A stretch of 64,000 nucleotides of DNA from Camelus ferus (taxonomy: Eukaryota). Shown piece by piece: positions 1 to 14,030 of this stretch (position 1 is the stretch's first letter; every line of letters begins with the position of its first letter). The position numbers were made by a program, and so were the translations under genes. Where the stretch lies: positions 87,980,001 to 88,044,000 of the forward strand of contig NC_045696.1 of the NCBI RefSeq assembly GCF_009834535.1, written 5' to 3'. The notes under the pieces are model-generated. The model was not told the origin of the DNA. It was given only the letters and a program-made list of their open reading frames with translations, and made no database searches.

Positions 1-109
1 AATAATCCTTCAGGGGTCACACAAAAATGATGCCAATGATCTGATAGAACTACTGGTGTTTTTCTTCCTTCTTCTTTGCTCTTTGGTAGGGCTTGCAAAT
101 ATTTATCTT

Positions 110-330
110 TCATTTATTTAATCATTTATTCAATAAATATTTACTGAGCATCTATACTCTGCCAATCACTCTTCTAGGCACTGGGGATATATGGGAGCAA
201 AAACCAAAACCAAAAGCTAACAACTCCTCCTACCTTCATGAAGTTCATGTCCTGGTGTGTGTATGAGGCAGTCTAGCATGTGTGGTGGAGGTGGGGATGG
301 GGTGCAGATATTAGACAATAAATAAGGTAA
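110..330 (-). mobile_element. L2 LINE 3' end fragment
   Basis: tcatttattcaataaatatttactgagcatctatactctgcca is the reverse complement of the L2 3' terminus; boundaries approximate. Confidence 0.75.
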
Positions 331-3300
331 ATAGACTATATTGAGTATGCCAAACGGTTAAAAAAGTGATAGGCATGAATTCCTTTTTTTATTAACTGCC
401 AAAATAAATATTTTCAAGCACAAAGAAGAAGTGAATTAGTAATAGAACTTTGAGAAGTTCAGACAAGATGGACTCATATGTCATCCTCTCATCTTTTCAC
501 TGTCCCCATTACACAGTAGTAAACTGCCATCCCCACGCACTGACCTCAAAGCACTATGCTTACACTGTATAGTTCTTACCTGGTTCTATTAGAGTTGCAA
601 AATATATTTTGTTATTTCAAGACTAGACTTATGAATAGACAAAGTTTGGAACCAGTGGTAGAGAGACAACCATTGCTCTTATATTTTAATAATGAACATC
701 ACAAGTGAACCTCATGTTGTGCATAAAGACTCTTGATGTATGAACAATATCCATTAATTAGTAATTCAGAAATATCTAGTACAAACCCTGTATCTCAAAG
801 AACACACTTCTAAATATAACTTTTCCATCTGTAAATGGAATTTTGGAAATGTGTTCTCATCAATATTATCTTTTGAGACTCACAAACCTAATGATATTTG
901 CACCTGACTGGTTGCAAATTTTACTTGGGAGTTATCTATGGAATGGACAGAATTAAATGTAAACATGCCCCACAAAAAGAAGTCACTCTGCCACCCACTG
1001 GTAACCAGTGGCATTGCAGCCTTTGAGGCTGAGAAACTGGAGAATTGTGAATTTGTGCCTGTGAACATTGAACAATATATGTTGGCGAGGATAATCACAG
1101 TCGTGCTCAACTTTTTGAATGATTTGAGATTTTCAGTTGAATCATTTTGTGGCTAAGTGAAGGGAACTGTACATATTCTTCCTGTCTTTCGTTTCATACT
1201 GTGAAGATGAACTTTCTATCCTAACTATAAATTAATGTGTGTGTTTTAAAGGGTAGAACAAATATGTTCACTTAATATTCATGACCTATTTGGTAATGTA
1301 TCTTAAAAATTAATAGCATGCATAACGTTGTGTTTTTAATGAAAGTATTTGAACATTTCTTATACTGTGCAGTGACTAAGTTTATTTTACATAACGAAAA
1401 TAATTCACCACATTCGGTATGATTAGCTGTTAGCTGCAAAGGGTACTCCACAAATCTTCATGCTAGAGGAATTATGATTTGGGGGTAAGCTATTTCAAAC
1501 CTCAGTAACTTTGTTCCCTTTGGGTTATAGTAGGAATATGGTTTATTGATTTTTCTCAAAACATCCAGTGCTTTTCAATGAGGCAAAAGTTTCAAGTATC
1601 TTCACGCAGTAATTTCAAAACTCTCCTCAAACTATAAAACAAAGATTTTTTTCATACATAGTTTAGTGAATATGAAGCAATACAAATTATAATGAGGATC
1701 TGGCTCTCTCTCAGAGCAAAAAGGAAATTTAATTATAGATAAAAATCATCAACCAAAGTAATACCTTTCCCAGAAAGCCAGGAGCAGACTACCATAGCAA
1801 ATGGTATTTAATCCTTCCTTTCACAAGACGTGCACTTTTGAAAAAAATTAAGGAAGACTAAAATAAATAGTGTATACTTCCTCTAAAAGTAAAATCTTTG
1901 CATAGTAATTATAATGACCTTCCTAAATAAGTAAAAAAAATGAACTACTCCAAAATTGAAAATTTCAAGTATTTGTTAAATAATTGTTAAATAATTAAGT
2001 ATTTCTAACTGCAAAGAAAGGAATTATTACAGTGTTTTTGAGTCTAGATTTTTAAAGCACTTCTTCAATTAATAGATAACTAATCAGTGTTAATAGCTCA
2101 TTATTTCTAAACACTTTTTAGATTGTTTTATAAACAGAGACTAGGTAGAAACAGATTATGGGTGAGTTTTGTTTTTTTCTTTTTATACTTTTTGGGATTT
2201 TGGATAGAAGTTGTTTCCCTAAGAGGTTTAATCTTTGAAGATATCACCATTACATTATTTCTTTGCTGACCACACTCATCTATAGATACAAACTTCTCTC
2301 ACCTACAACCAAATTATCATAAATTTCAAATGATTAATATGTAATTTAAAATACCATTTTTATGCCTTTATATAAGGAAATATTTATTACTTAAATATTA
2401 AAATAGTAATAAATTACCCTTTACTATGCAACATATTTTTAATCATCCCAGAAATCCCCTGAAGTAGTATAATGCTTGTTTTACAAATAAGAAGAATGTA
2501 GCCCAGTTAAATATTGTTCCTAGAGTTGCACAGCTCATAAGTCATGATTTTAGTCCCTGTCTACTAGACTCTAATCTTGTGTTCTTTTAACTAAACTTCA
2601 CTGCAAGGTAGAATGCTGGACATTACAGGGATACAAAATAAGCAGAAAACAGTGGCTCTACCTACCATGAATGGTTTTTACCATCTAGTTTTAAAGAAGA
2701 TACAAGAACACTAAATTTTTAGAAGTAATTGCATTGCTAATATCCATCCATCATACACCGTGCTAAACACTTTGCATGGATTATGCCCTTTATTCCCCCA
2801 ACTGTCATCTGACAAGTTTCTGCATAAACACCACTGACACGGAGAAGTGTTCTTTAGCCCCTAATCTACACTAGGTCCTCACATTGTAAATTCACCATAA
2901 GCCAACCCCTTCCTTCATTGCACTCCTTCCAGTTTTAGCTTTTCTGTTTATTGAATTTGAGGGAAACAAAACTGGCTCTTCTGGTTCCCACTCCATCACA
3001 AGGTGTTGGTCACATTTTTAAAAATCACTGGGCAGAGAAAAAAATTGAGAACTAGTATTTATCTTTCCTAAGTCACTTAAAATAACAGGAGAGTTTCTAC
3101 ACATAATCCATAGTAAACTATCTAAAAGCCCCTTTTTTCGCCTTTTACTCAATATCTCATTGGCCATATAGCTACCACCAAAATCTCTCCTCTCTCTCCC
3201 CTAACTTTCTATAACTCCCTCTCAAATCCAACTTTCACTGCATCCTTCACTCTTCTTACTCTCTCACCTTCTAGATCACTCAGGTTTCAAATCTGAGCTC

Positions 3301-4530
3301 CCTTCGACTCAGAGGCTCTATTGATTATTCTAATTCTACTCAACTAGGTTTCAAAGGCAGGGGTGAACAGCATAGAATGAACAGGGGAGATTATATAGAT
3401 CTTGCACATCAGTCTCAAGAGTTTTTGCTCATCCTACAGAAGGTGGTAGGACAGGACATTAAAAGCTTGGGAGCAATGTCAGGATAACAGCAATATGGTA
3501 GGAAGGCTAAGCAGACTGACTGGCAGAATAAACTGGAGGAAAGGGAAGGAATTGGAAGTTAGGGGTTCTGTGTGGAGGCTACTGTAAGGACATAAGACTG
3601 AGGTCCTTATTTTTGGATGGACGTAGTAATAGTGAAAAGAAGTGTATGAATATAAAAATAGGGATTATTAAAAATTTAAAAGAATTGTAGGCTGATTGAC
3701 TCTAAGTGGTGAAGGGAAGAGAGGAATCAAGGATGATTCCAGTTCTAAGCCTGACTGGATGGTACAAATGTACAGGGAGTCCAGAATTACAACTTCCATC
3801 TGGCTTTGACTTTAGAAAATAAAGTTATTCATTATTATGCTTACTAAAACCACTTAAGTATAATTCAATATACTACAATGTCTTGTTATAAGTGTGCTGC
3901 TGTGTAAATGCATTTTTATCGGTGCTATACTGCTCACTGGCAAAGTACATAATAACACAGCAATGCAGAAAGAAATATAGATTTATCCCAAAGTAAATGA
4001 AATTAAAAAACAAAGCAATTGCCCTTTCACCTGCAACTCTAGTAAGAAGAGAAAAAACAGAATCTTTCTGTTGTTCATTAATCTTCCCAGAGGTCTCAAT
4101 TCAGTTACTGTGAAGAGCATAATAAAATGGTATGACTGGCTACAATGTCATCACTAACTTTAATCCAAAGAAGTCTTATGTGGCTTAGAAAATGCTATAT
4201 TTTGAAACAAACTTTTAAAAAACCAACTAATCTAAGAATATAGGCAGCTCCGCAGAGATTTGTCTTATTTCAGCTCTATCTTAACTTATATGGTGATATT
4301 TGTGAATAAAGAAATATTTGTGAATAAAGAAACATTATGTGCAATGGTTTTTATACACACCACCTAATACTGGTGAAAAGACCTAGAAAACCAAAGTGAA
4401 GAGAAAAAAGGAGGAGAAAATTTGAGATGTATCCTGACCTAAGAGGACTCAATGAATTACCTGGCAACCTGAGTGGGGAAAGTCCTAGTTCTTCCCCATC
4501 TTCTTAAATCCATTTTTGCTTGATTGTTGA

Positions 4531-4724
4531 AAATGAAATATTTTATTTCTGGTAATGGCTATTACCTTCCTACTCGTCAAATATTAAGAGCTTAGCAAAG
4601 TTGTTTTGTAACGTAATCAAAGTAACAAAATGAAATCTTTTATTTCTGGTAATGGTTATTACCTTCCCACTCTTCAAATATCAGGAGCTTAGCAAAGATG
4701 TTTCACAATGTAATCAATGTAATA
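4531..4724. repeat. Diverged tandem duplication, 2 x ~97 bp
   Basis: aaatgaaat.ttttatttctggtaatgg.tattaccttcc.actc.tcaaatat.a.gagcttagcaaag starts at 4531 and again at 4628. Confidence 0.9.
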
Positions 4725-5149
4725 AATCTGCTCAAAACAAAATCTCTTGAGGAGACAAAATGGATCCCAGAACATTAAGACCAGATTAGACTGAAAATAT
4801 TATCTTAAAAAAAAATGTGACAGCTAAAAAAAGAAAAAGAGAGAGAAATGTCTGAAGAAATAAAGACATGAATCAAACAGGCATATTTTTCATTGACTTC
4901 CATTGACCTTCCAAGTGTTGTTTTAAGAGTACTCTTGAATGCCCGGCAGAGATGCCTACACATGTGTGGGTAGGCATGTGTACCCATTATGCAGGTGCAC
5001 CAGTAACAAGACAGTCAAAATCTGATACCATTAAATATCCTGATTATATGTTATCCCTAGTTGTACATTTACATATGGATGTTTCCTGTTCGAGTGGATT
5101 GACTACCACAGAGATTCTCATGGTGAATTTGGAGGGTGGATTTGAGGCA

Positions 5150-5615
5150 TCATCATGTTGCTTATACACATTACTTATCTTCTGACTCATGTTGTTGGCA
5201 TGAGACTGCAGCCAAGCTCGCAACTCCTCACCTTCCCTTGGATCTCCTTCAGCATCACTAACTCCTGGGCCAAGTGTGTGTGTTTAGCCACAGACAATGA
5301 ATGGCTCCTGGCTTTCTGCAGGATACTCATTCCATCAAAGTCAGAAGCAGCAAGAACTGACACTTTGATCATCCCTGTGGATTCCAATCTGTCTTCCCAG
5401 CTTGTTCTTACTCCTTTCCAATTTATATTTATCTTCCCTTCCCAACTGCTTGTTCTGGGGACGTTAAGCTCTAGCATCAGATCAGATGTGAAGACAATGA
5501 GCAGTACAGGAACTCCCTAACTAAATTCCAAAATTGCAAAAGGTATAATTCATGTGTCTGTATGTGTGTCTATCCTACTGATTCTACTTCTCTCCTTTAA
5601 TCTTGACTGATATAA
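5150..5615 (+). mobile_element. ERVL-class LTR remnant (MLT2/LTR41-like 3' end)
   Basis: 3' end tatcctactgattctacttctctc...cttgactgatata resembles ERVL-type LTR termini; 5' boundary uncertain. Confidence 0.45.
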
Positions 5616-5837
5616 ACACTGTCCAAGTCAATTAACCTGAGTATCCAGTCTAATAATTCATTTATTCAACCAAGAGTTATTGAGCACCCACTATGTGTCA
5701 AACACTGTTCTAAGAACTAAACACACAGGGATACAGCAAGTAACAAAACAGATGTTCCTCCACTCATGTAGCTTGCATACTAATCGGGAAGATGCAAATA
5801 AATTAACATGAAAAAAAGCAAACACCAACTTTAGATG

Positions 5838-6295
5838 ATGTATTAGTTTACTACTGCTGTTGTAACAAACTTCGTGGCTTAAAAAAGTCAACTTCATTGT
5901 TTTTTATTAAATTTTTATTAAATTAAATTTCTGGAGGTCAGAAGTCCAAAATGGAACTTGGCTAAATTCAAGGTGCCAGCCAAGCTGTGTTCCCTCAAGA
6001 ATCTAGCAGAGTATTTCATTTCTTTGTCTTTTCTGGCTTCTAGAGACCACCTGGATTCCTTGGTTCATGCCCCTTTCTCCATATTCAAAGTGCATCACTC
6101 CAACCTTGATGTTACCATTGTCACCTCTCCTGTTTCTGACTCTGATTCTCCTGCCTCCTTCTTACTAGAACCCTGACATTGGACCCACTCAGGTAATCCA
6201 AGAGAATATCCCCATGTCAAGATCCTTAATCACATCTGCAAAATTCCTTTTGTAACATATTCACAAGGTTCTGGGCATTATTCTGCCTGTCACAG
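5838..6295 (-). mobile_element. MaLR LTR (MLT1C/D-like)
   Basis: tgtattagtttactactgctgttgtaacaaac...tctggaggtcagaagtccaaaatgg...aatcacatctgcaaaattcc matches the reverse complement of an MLT1 LTR. Confidence 0.8.
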
Positions 6296-6729
6296 ATAAT
6301 TTGTGTTCAGAAAAAAAAAAAAAAAAAAAAAACAAGGAAATGAAATCTAACTTATTTTATATAGTGCAAAGATATCCTCTCTCAGAGAACTTCTTTTGAG
6401 CAGAAAGAAACCTGACTGATAAGGAGAAAAGTAATCTAGACAGGAAGACTAGGAAGCGTCAAGACGCTGAGGTAGAAAAAGTTGGATGTATTCAGGGGAG
6501 AGAACAGCTTTGCTCACACTGAGCAAGATGTGGTAGGAGCAGACCTCGAAGAGATTTCAGGCCAAATTTCATAAGGCCTGGTGCTAAGCAACTTTCGTTT
6601 GATTCAAGGTATAGTGAGAGACCAAGGAGGTAGAGGGTTGTGAGGGGGTTGAGTAGGGAGATACATGATATGATGTAATTTTTAAAGAGATCACTCTAGT
6701 TACATAAAAGACTGAAAGGGATTGAAGAG

Positions 6730-6955
6730 CGGTTATTCTCTAACCCTGGTTTATGTTCCTCATAGCCCAGTCATCATCTGCAGTGTTTTATACTTGATTA
6801 TACATTACTTCTCCTGAGGTCTATTGGCTGGCAGCACTTGTGCCACCTGGGAGCTCGAGATAAATACAGAATCTCAGGCCACATTCATGACTGAATCAGA
6901 ATCTGCACTTAGTATCCCCTGGTGATTCACAGGTATCATTTTGTGAAGCACAGTT
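6730..6955. mobile_element. MER5-like hAT-Charlie DNA transposon
   Basis: cacctgggagct...aatacagaatctcaggcc...actgaatcagaatctgca...cccctggtgattc is the typical MER5 core. Confidence 0.6.
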
Positions 6956-7290
6956 TCAGGAAACATTGCAGTAGTCCTAGAAAGAAAAGACAGGGGCTTG
7001 GCCTATGGTACAAGAAATGGGGGCTGTGAAAAGTGATCATATTCAGGATTTATTTTGAAGTCAGAGGCTGATATTCGCTGTTGGACTGGATGTAGATGAG
7101 AAGAGGAAGGAAAGAAAATCTACAAGGATAACATATAAATGGGGGGCCTGAATAATTAAAAGTCAATCATGGAGCTATTCACTTAGATGGAGAAGATTAA
7201 GAGAATGGGTTTTGTGTTTTGGACCCATTATGAGATGCCTAGTAGACATCTAGGTGGCAATGTAAGTCATTTAATTAGCCACATTAGCTT

Positions 7291-7631
7291 CAGAGCCACC
7301 CCTAATGTGTGTAGGACCAAGTGCAAATGGTTTATTTCAAGTGGTTCACAACAGTTAACGATGACCAGTCAGTCTGTGAATACCTGTCAAGAAAAGTGTC
7401 AAGAAAGCAGAACATTTCCCAGCACTCAGGTCCTATAAAGAACCAAGGTTATCAGAATCTGAAACTATTCAGTCTAACCCCAACTGGCTGGCTTAATTTA
7501 GGTGTATTCAGATGTTTTCATATCCTGTACAACATACGCCATTCAAATAAGGTAACACTGACTTGGTTGTACAGGTTATTCATAATTTTCCTTGCTTTAT
7601 TTTGCATATCTTAGGTGTAAGGGTGGCACTG
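7291..7631. mobile_element. Non-autonomous hAT (Tip100-like) DNA transposon inserted in L2
   Basis: Terminal inverted repeats CAGAGCCACCC (7291) and GGGTGGCACTG (7621-7631) match 10/11; degenerate 8-bp TSD ATTAGCTT / ATTAACAT. Confidence 0.6.
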
Positions 7632-10600
7632 ATTAACATGAAGCTCAGAGATGGGGTTGAGACTGGGGACATAAATTTGAAAGAGTGTATAGTTGGTACT
7701 ATACATCTCATGGGAGACTTGAGGCCATCATGCTGTGAGAAAAGGTAGACAGATAAGAAAGCCAAGAAATGATCCCAGGAGCAAACAGCCATGCAGAGGC
7801 AGGATAGAGAAAGGAGAGCCATCAAAGAAATCTGAGACCAAGTGGCCAGTGAGATCATTTGGTAGCCCAGAAAATGAAAGAAAATGTTTCAAGGAGTCAA
7901 CCGTGTCAAATGCTCTTCAGAGGCTGAACAAAATGATAAAGAATTTATCATTGAATTTAGCAACATGGAAGTGGTGGGGGACCTTGACTAGAGTAAATCA
8001 CAGAACAGGAAATGAATGACCTGGGCTCACTACTATGCAAAGATGTGATTACTGCAACATTCTATAGAAGAGCCTTAGTCTAAGGCAAGGATAGAGCAGG
8101 TTCCAAAGGGAGCTGATGAGACTATTATTACAAACACACGTGGGCTTCACTTCATGTCACTGACTTATGAAGAGCTACAGGCGTCAGGGCTCATAGGAAC
8201 AGTCCAAGCATCTGTATCATACACCATTCTCTAACTGACTGGTCCGCAAGCAGAATCTCTGCAAGTGGCACTCAGCAAACAGAGGAGCTCAGGGAAAGAA
8301 TCTCGACTGAACTTCTGTGTATTTCACCCAGGCTGATTGAAAAAGTAGTAAGTATTTTTTCCTTCAAATGCAATTTGAAAATCAGAATTTTTTATAAATA
8401 GAGGTTCTTTGGGGGAGAAGACATGCTGTTTGCAATGCTAGATCTTTCTGTGCTTTTCTATCCCATCTTGTTCTAATAGCATGATAAAGAAGAGATCCTC
8501 TTTGCAGTCGGTTGAAGAGAGAACAGGAGGTGGGAAAGAGGAGATATCAAATATGTGTACCACTTCTTTGGGGAGTTTTGCTGAGAAAGGCAACAGAGAA
8601 ATGGAATGGTGCCTGAAGGGAAATATAAGACCTAGGGAGAGTTTCCCCCCACCCCCAATGGAAGATATTATAGCATGCTAACTGATGACAGAATAATAAG
8701 AAATTTGTTGATAGAGGAGAAAGCAGGAAGATTGCAGGAGCCAAGTATTTCCAGTCAGTGAGAAGGAATAGGATTTGTGTGTGTAAGTGAAGGCTTTGGC
8801 CCTGGATAAGAGAAAGGACAGTTCCAACTCAAAGTCATATTTCTCATTAACTAAAGGACTGACATTCTCTTTTTGTAACTTAGTCTCTTGTGAGTTTTGT
8901 TAGCAGCAAACGGCATCATGAACCTGAGCACTTCAAGACTCCATTTCTTGGTCTTTAAGGCTGACAGCATCATACTGAACTATGGCAAATCCACTGAGGG
9001 AAAGATCATCTTGTAGGGACCTGTCTGGGAGGCCAGCCAACATTCTCTTGATGACATTCCTTCCCTTTCTGGGAACTAAGTTCATTCCCTTTAGAGCTCA
9101 ACTCACACAAGCTGATTTTTACATACATACACCTTCAGCAAATAATTATACATAAGTTTTAATTAATATACCAAATCAACCAGCATGGAAGCAGCTGCTT
9201 TTCCCCACCCATACTTGCTGGATGGGAATTCTCGTAGGGATTAGCAATTTAAGACCAGATGGTAGAGAATATGACCATAAGATAGCTTCTAGGGCTCCAT
9301 GCAACTGCATAAAGAGATATCTTGCTACCAAGTATATTGTTGGATTTAAAATATTAAGCTTTTATTTGGTATTGTATTTTAATAGATTTCTATACTTAAT
9401 TGGTGGTCAACTTACACATTTTTTCAAGGAGTGAATAGTCTATGCCAGAATATATTATGACTTTGCAAATCAAGGATCTGTTTTAGTGGGAAGCTGGAAA
9501 AAGAAATTGAGAGGTATTGATGCTGTTGGTTATGCAAATCAGCAAAGCACAAGAAGTGAGGGTTATATCATTTCTGTGATGGATAGAAATGGGCTTAGGG
9601 TTGACAGGCAATCTAAAAATTACTATTACCTCTCATTATATCCTTCCGAGCATTTCCGTTTGTGCAGAATGGGATTTTAAACATCTTGATCAAGCAACAG
9701 GAATCTGCCGCATCTCCTGACACTGATGATCATCTAGCAGGGCAATGTTGTTGCTCTAACTGGCATCCTGACGCCATTATGACACTGCATGAGGCATTAC
9801 TCAAGAAGTGGGTTGTGACTGAAATAGCCAGCAGAAATGTACAAAGTGAGTATCATTTTGCCACTCATGAAATGATCAAAGGCTTCATATACAGTTATGC
9901 CTACAAGGGCTGGTATACAATAGAAGATTCACTCTGATGTTCCAATCTCAAAATGTAAATTTGAGTATCTTCAGCTGTCTTAGATTTCAAAAGGTGTCGG
10001 ACTTTAGAAACTGTCCCATTTCAAAGTGTTCAAATAAGGAAATGGAAGCTATCAACTGTATACAACACTGCTATTATGATGGGGCCAACGATGGCTATGG
10101 AAATCAGTTGTCATGAGTCACATACCATTGCTTTTCCTATCTCATAATTCTAGAATAAAAAAATATGACAGGTCTTTCTTTGATCTACCAATTCAAATTC
10201 TGACAGTTTTTGAAATAATTTTGGGACAATTTACTTAAAACACTTGAGGTCTTCCAGAAATAAAGTCATACTAACCACAAAGTAAGTCTGGGAAGAGTAA
10301 GGGTGACAACAGTTTTCTCAGCTTCTCCAAGTTTCAGTTTTCTCACCTGTAAAATATGTAATGTCTACCTTCTGGCTGGGTAAAAAGATTAACTGGATTA
10401 TAATTATAAATTATTGAGTTCAGAATTTGGCACATGGTGGCCACTTAAAAAATGGTGATTGTCATTGTAACCATTGTTCTCTTTGTGTGAAAATCAGACA
10501 TGTTTTATCACAGCCTCAAAAGCCTGAAAGGCACTTTTTAAAAAAACTCTATTCATCTCTCGTGGTTTGTGTACCAGGGTTAAAAATTCCACTTATCTAC

Positions 10601-12899
10601 CCTGACTTGTCTCCCAAATGATTCTAAGATGATAACACTTATTAGTGGATTATTATGACTATGTAAATAATGTTTTTTAATTGTTATGGTTAGGCACAGT
10701 TGTTTTTCTCACAAGAGATTTCTGCAGTTCTAAACCACCACAGCTGACAATTTCTGGGGACAGTATCTTAATTAAGGATTATTGTGCAAACATCTTTCCT
10801 CTGACTAGGAAGGGGGAGAGAGGTTGTTAAGAGGTAGGCTGAAATCTATTAAAGATGTCCAGAGAGCAAAGGGTTTTTGTGAGCTTAAAGGGTCTCTTCT
10901 TTGCCTAAGAAAGCCCTCTGATTAGACAGAAAACTGCCACAGGAGCATAAAAGCCATTTTTAGCACCATGTAAGGCACTCCCATCTTATTTTAGTTGGAC
11001 AGTGAAATGAGAATGACATCTCTCCAGTTGCAACTGCCAATTATTTAAGAGGCAAAACTCAAGAAAGTCAGGAACAAGTCTCAAACATGAGATGATCAAG
11101 TTCCAACCAGAACTGAGTACAGCTTATGGCTGCTTTTATGGGTCTTTAACAAGACTGGGCTTGAAGTAGCCAGAAGTCAACTCCAACTTTGCTTAATTGG
11201 GAGCCAATGCCTCAATCTGGGTAAGACAGCTCTATTTAAAATTAGCTGTTGCCCAGGATGCAAAAGTCACAATGTCTCATCCATATTAGGCCTGGACAAC
11301 CTAATAAATGACAGGTGGTGCTTCAGAATATCTAGGGTGGAAAATAATTTTTCATGTTTATCCAATTTTATGATTATATAATTTTGTCTATATACGTTTT
11401 GTTTTGGAATACAAGCCACATATCTCAGAAGTCTTTTTAGGCTAAAGGGAGTACCATGATTCCCTAGGGCAGTGACTCTGAAACCCCAGGGACCAATGGT
11501 TATCACAAGGAAGCATGAAAACAATTAACAAATTCCAAGTAATAAGGAAACTCGAGACCAGACAAATTGTCCAACAATGTGGAGGTTTAACGAGAAATAG
11601 AAGCAGTTAAGATTTGAGCAGTGTATTATAGGAAAGCAGAATAGCTCAAAGAAACAAGTTAACAAGAACTCAGTTCTTAAAGATGGGACCTTGATTAGGT
11701 GTATCAGTAGAAACAGAGCTTTTTGTGATTATTTTTCTCTTGAAATGAGACTGTGGCAACCGTGCACAGATAAGATGAGGTGATGTGGGATACATCAAAG
11801 GGATGCTCACTGGGTCCCCCCAGAGCCCAGGCAGGACAACTGCAGTCTCCCACAGGGACCATGCAGATAAGGGTTACCATCTCTCGTCCCAGAGTGAGCA
11901 AGCCTGGAAACTGGTTCCAGAGATTACTGTCTTTATCAAGTGTGTATAAAATACGCTTAGTACAGCATGTAGAGTTCTAACTACAGAGAATGGACTCGAT
12001 CAATCTCAACAAAACCTTTGCATAAAGTGCTGAGTTAAAAAAAAAAAATCCCTCCCCCTTGTTTTGAAAGACACGTGGACTGGGCAGATACTACTCAATT
12101 CTTTCAAAATTTGAATGCCAGAGCGGGAAAATTCATACAAACAGCAGCCTTTACAGAATGCTGCCTTAACAATATTTAACAGGTAGTCCTGGGGTTCCAC
12201 TTGTCACAGTCACACAAGAAACAGCCAATGCATCGTCAACTGTTTTAGAGTTTTACAACCCTTCCATTTCCTGATTTTGCATCTAAATGCCTCTGCTATA
12301 AAGTCCCTTGTTTTGACCTCAGTGGAAATGGCTATCCTCTGTGAAATAATCTTAAGGCCTTTGTGTCTAATCTGTCTTCCTGCATCCTGTCTTCAGAAGT
12401 TCTCAGCTTCAAGCTCATTAATTATTTTCATTATTCTTCTCTAGACTCTCTATACAATAGGCCCTCCCTTGCTCTCTACAGTTAAGGAGCCCAAAATTAG
12501 ACTCATTAGTAAGAGCTTGGCTAATATCATGTCTCATGAGTCCTGCACAAGTGAGACTGACAATTCGTGACAAAGCGATGTAATGCCAGGATCTCAGGAA
12601 AGGTCTTCACGTGGTATCTGAATTCTGGCTGAAACACATCTGTCAGCTAAAACTGTGAAGTAACTACTTGCAAACAGTCAAACTCGCTCCTACCAACACA
12701 CACACATACCATCACCCCCTCACCCCAACCCTCTTTATTCTCGTCCGATTTCTAGAAAGACAAGAGTTCTGGGTTGGATGGGAGAACAGAGAAGTAACAC
12801 CAGAAATGACTAGGAACTGGTACCTAACACACAGAGGCCAAAGCTGAATGTATGCATATAAACCATAAAGGACCTGCTAAAGAAGAGAGGACAACCTAG

Positions 12900-13090
12900 T
12901 CCAGCTAAGGGCCTGACTCTGGAACCAGACTTCTGGGTCTGAATTCTGACTCCACTACTTATTGGTTGCTTGACCTTCAACAAGTTACTCAGCCTTTTAG
13001 CTTCAGGTTCCTCCTCCGTGAAGTGAGGCTAATGATAGTACCTACGTTAGAGAGTTAACCAATTAAATGAGTTAAATATTTGTAAATGTT
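12900..13090 (+). mobile_element. MIR SINE
   Basis: ctctggaaccagac...tgaccttcaacaagttactcagcc...aatgatagtacctac matches the MIR core; similar MIR remnants at ~10320-10440, 17290-17430, 24500-24720, 28620-28820, 36060-36250, 51690-51930 and 57915-58010. Confidence 0.8.
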
Positions 13091-13744
13091 CACTAGATCT
13101 GAAACATTCATGTTATAGTTACTGATATAGTTATACTTCTTGAATGTTTAAGTATTTGTTAACTTGACTAAAATAAGCAAGTCAAAAGGGCAATTTAGAC
13201 CATTGGGGAAAATCCCAAGCATTGTCCATTATCCAATAAGCATGTAAATTTTTGACCAACATGGCAGCCATGCCATTGGCATCAAGGTTGCAGTCAATGT
13301 AAACCAATTCAATATACAAACTAGGATGTTGGGAGACATGAGTATGTATGATGGAGAACAAATGACAGGATCCCTGGCCCATGTCCTGTGAGCTAGCATT
13401 CTTGTAGGCAAAAAATAGCAGTAATTTAACCTGTATCTTGAAGTCATTTAATTTCTACCAGAAACTAAAAGCAAAGTTGAATATCCATACCTATGTGAAA
13501 GTTCAGGATTTCCACAGAATGCTGTATTTTATAGAGAAAACACAGGTTTAAATAGTAAATCTAGTTTACATATGAATACTGATACACAAGACACCTCTCA
13601 CTCAAGCCCATAAATGATTATCCTTCAAATTAGTAGTACACACCAGAGCAGCTGTTCATAGATTTTTCTATTGATGCTCTTCAGCTGAAGTTGTCAGTGT
13701 TACTTATAGACTTGAAGTTTATTTTGAATTTTATCTAAAAGTCA

Positions 13745-14030
13745 TAGGAAGAGTGAAAGAGGCCAGACACAAGTGTATACTGTATACTCTCTATAAAATT
13801 CTAGAAAATGCAAACTAATCAATAATGAAAAGCAAGCCAGTGGTTACCTAAGGCTGGGGGTTGGGGAAGGACTGCACAAGGCCACGAGACAGATTTGGGG
13901 TGTGATGGAAATGGTCTGTACCTTTACTGCAGTAGCAGTTTCATAATATATAACTGTCAAACCTTACCACATTGTACAATTTCAATGGATACAGTTTATT
14001 ATGGGTAAATTGCATCTCAATAAAGTCTAC
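13745..14030 (+). mobile_element. Old L1M 3' UTR fragment
   Basis: gagtgaaagaggccagacac...aaattctagaaaatgcaaactaatc...gtggttacctaagg...tctcaataaagt. Confidence 0.75.

Larger units (their letters stand above)
5655..8010 (-). mobile_element. Fragmented L2 LINE interrupted by MLT1, MER5-like and hAT elements
   Basis: L2 3' end at 5655 (ttcatttattcaac...tattgagcacccactatgtg); antisense L2 motifs at ~6690 (aaagagatcactct), ~7235 (gagatgcctagtagacatctaggtgg) and ~7950 (ttgaatttagcaacatggaagt). Confidence 0.75.

Noticed and set aside
11760..12135. Two CAGATAAG motifs, an E-box and an E2F-like site
   Set aside because: Short motifs expected by chance in 64 kb; no independent support
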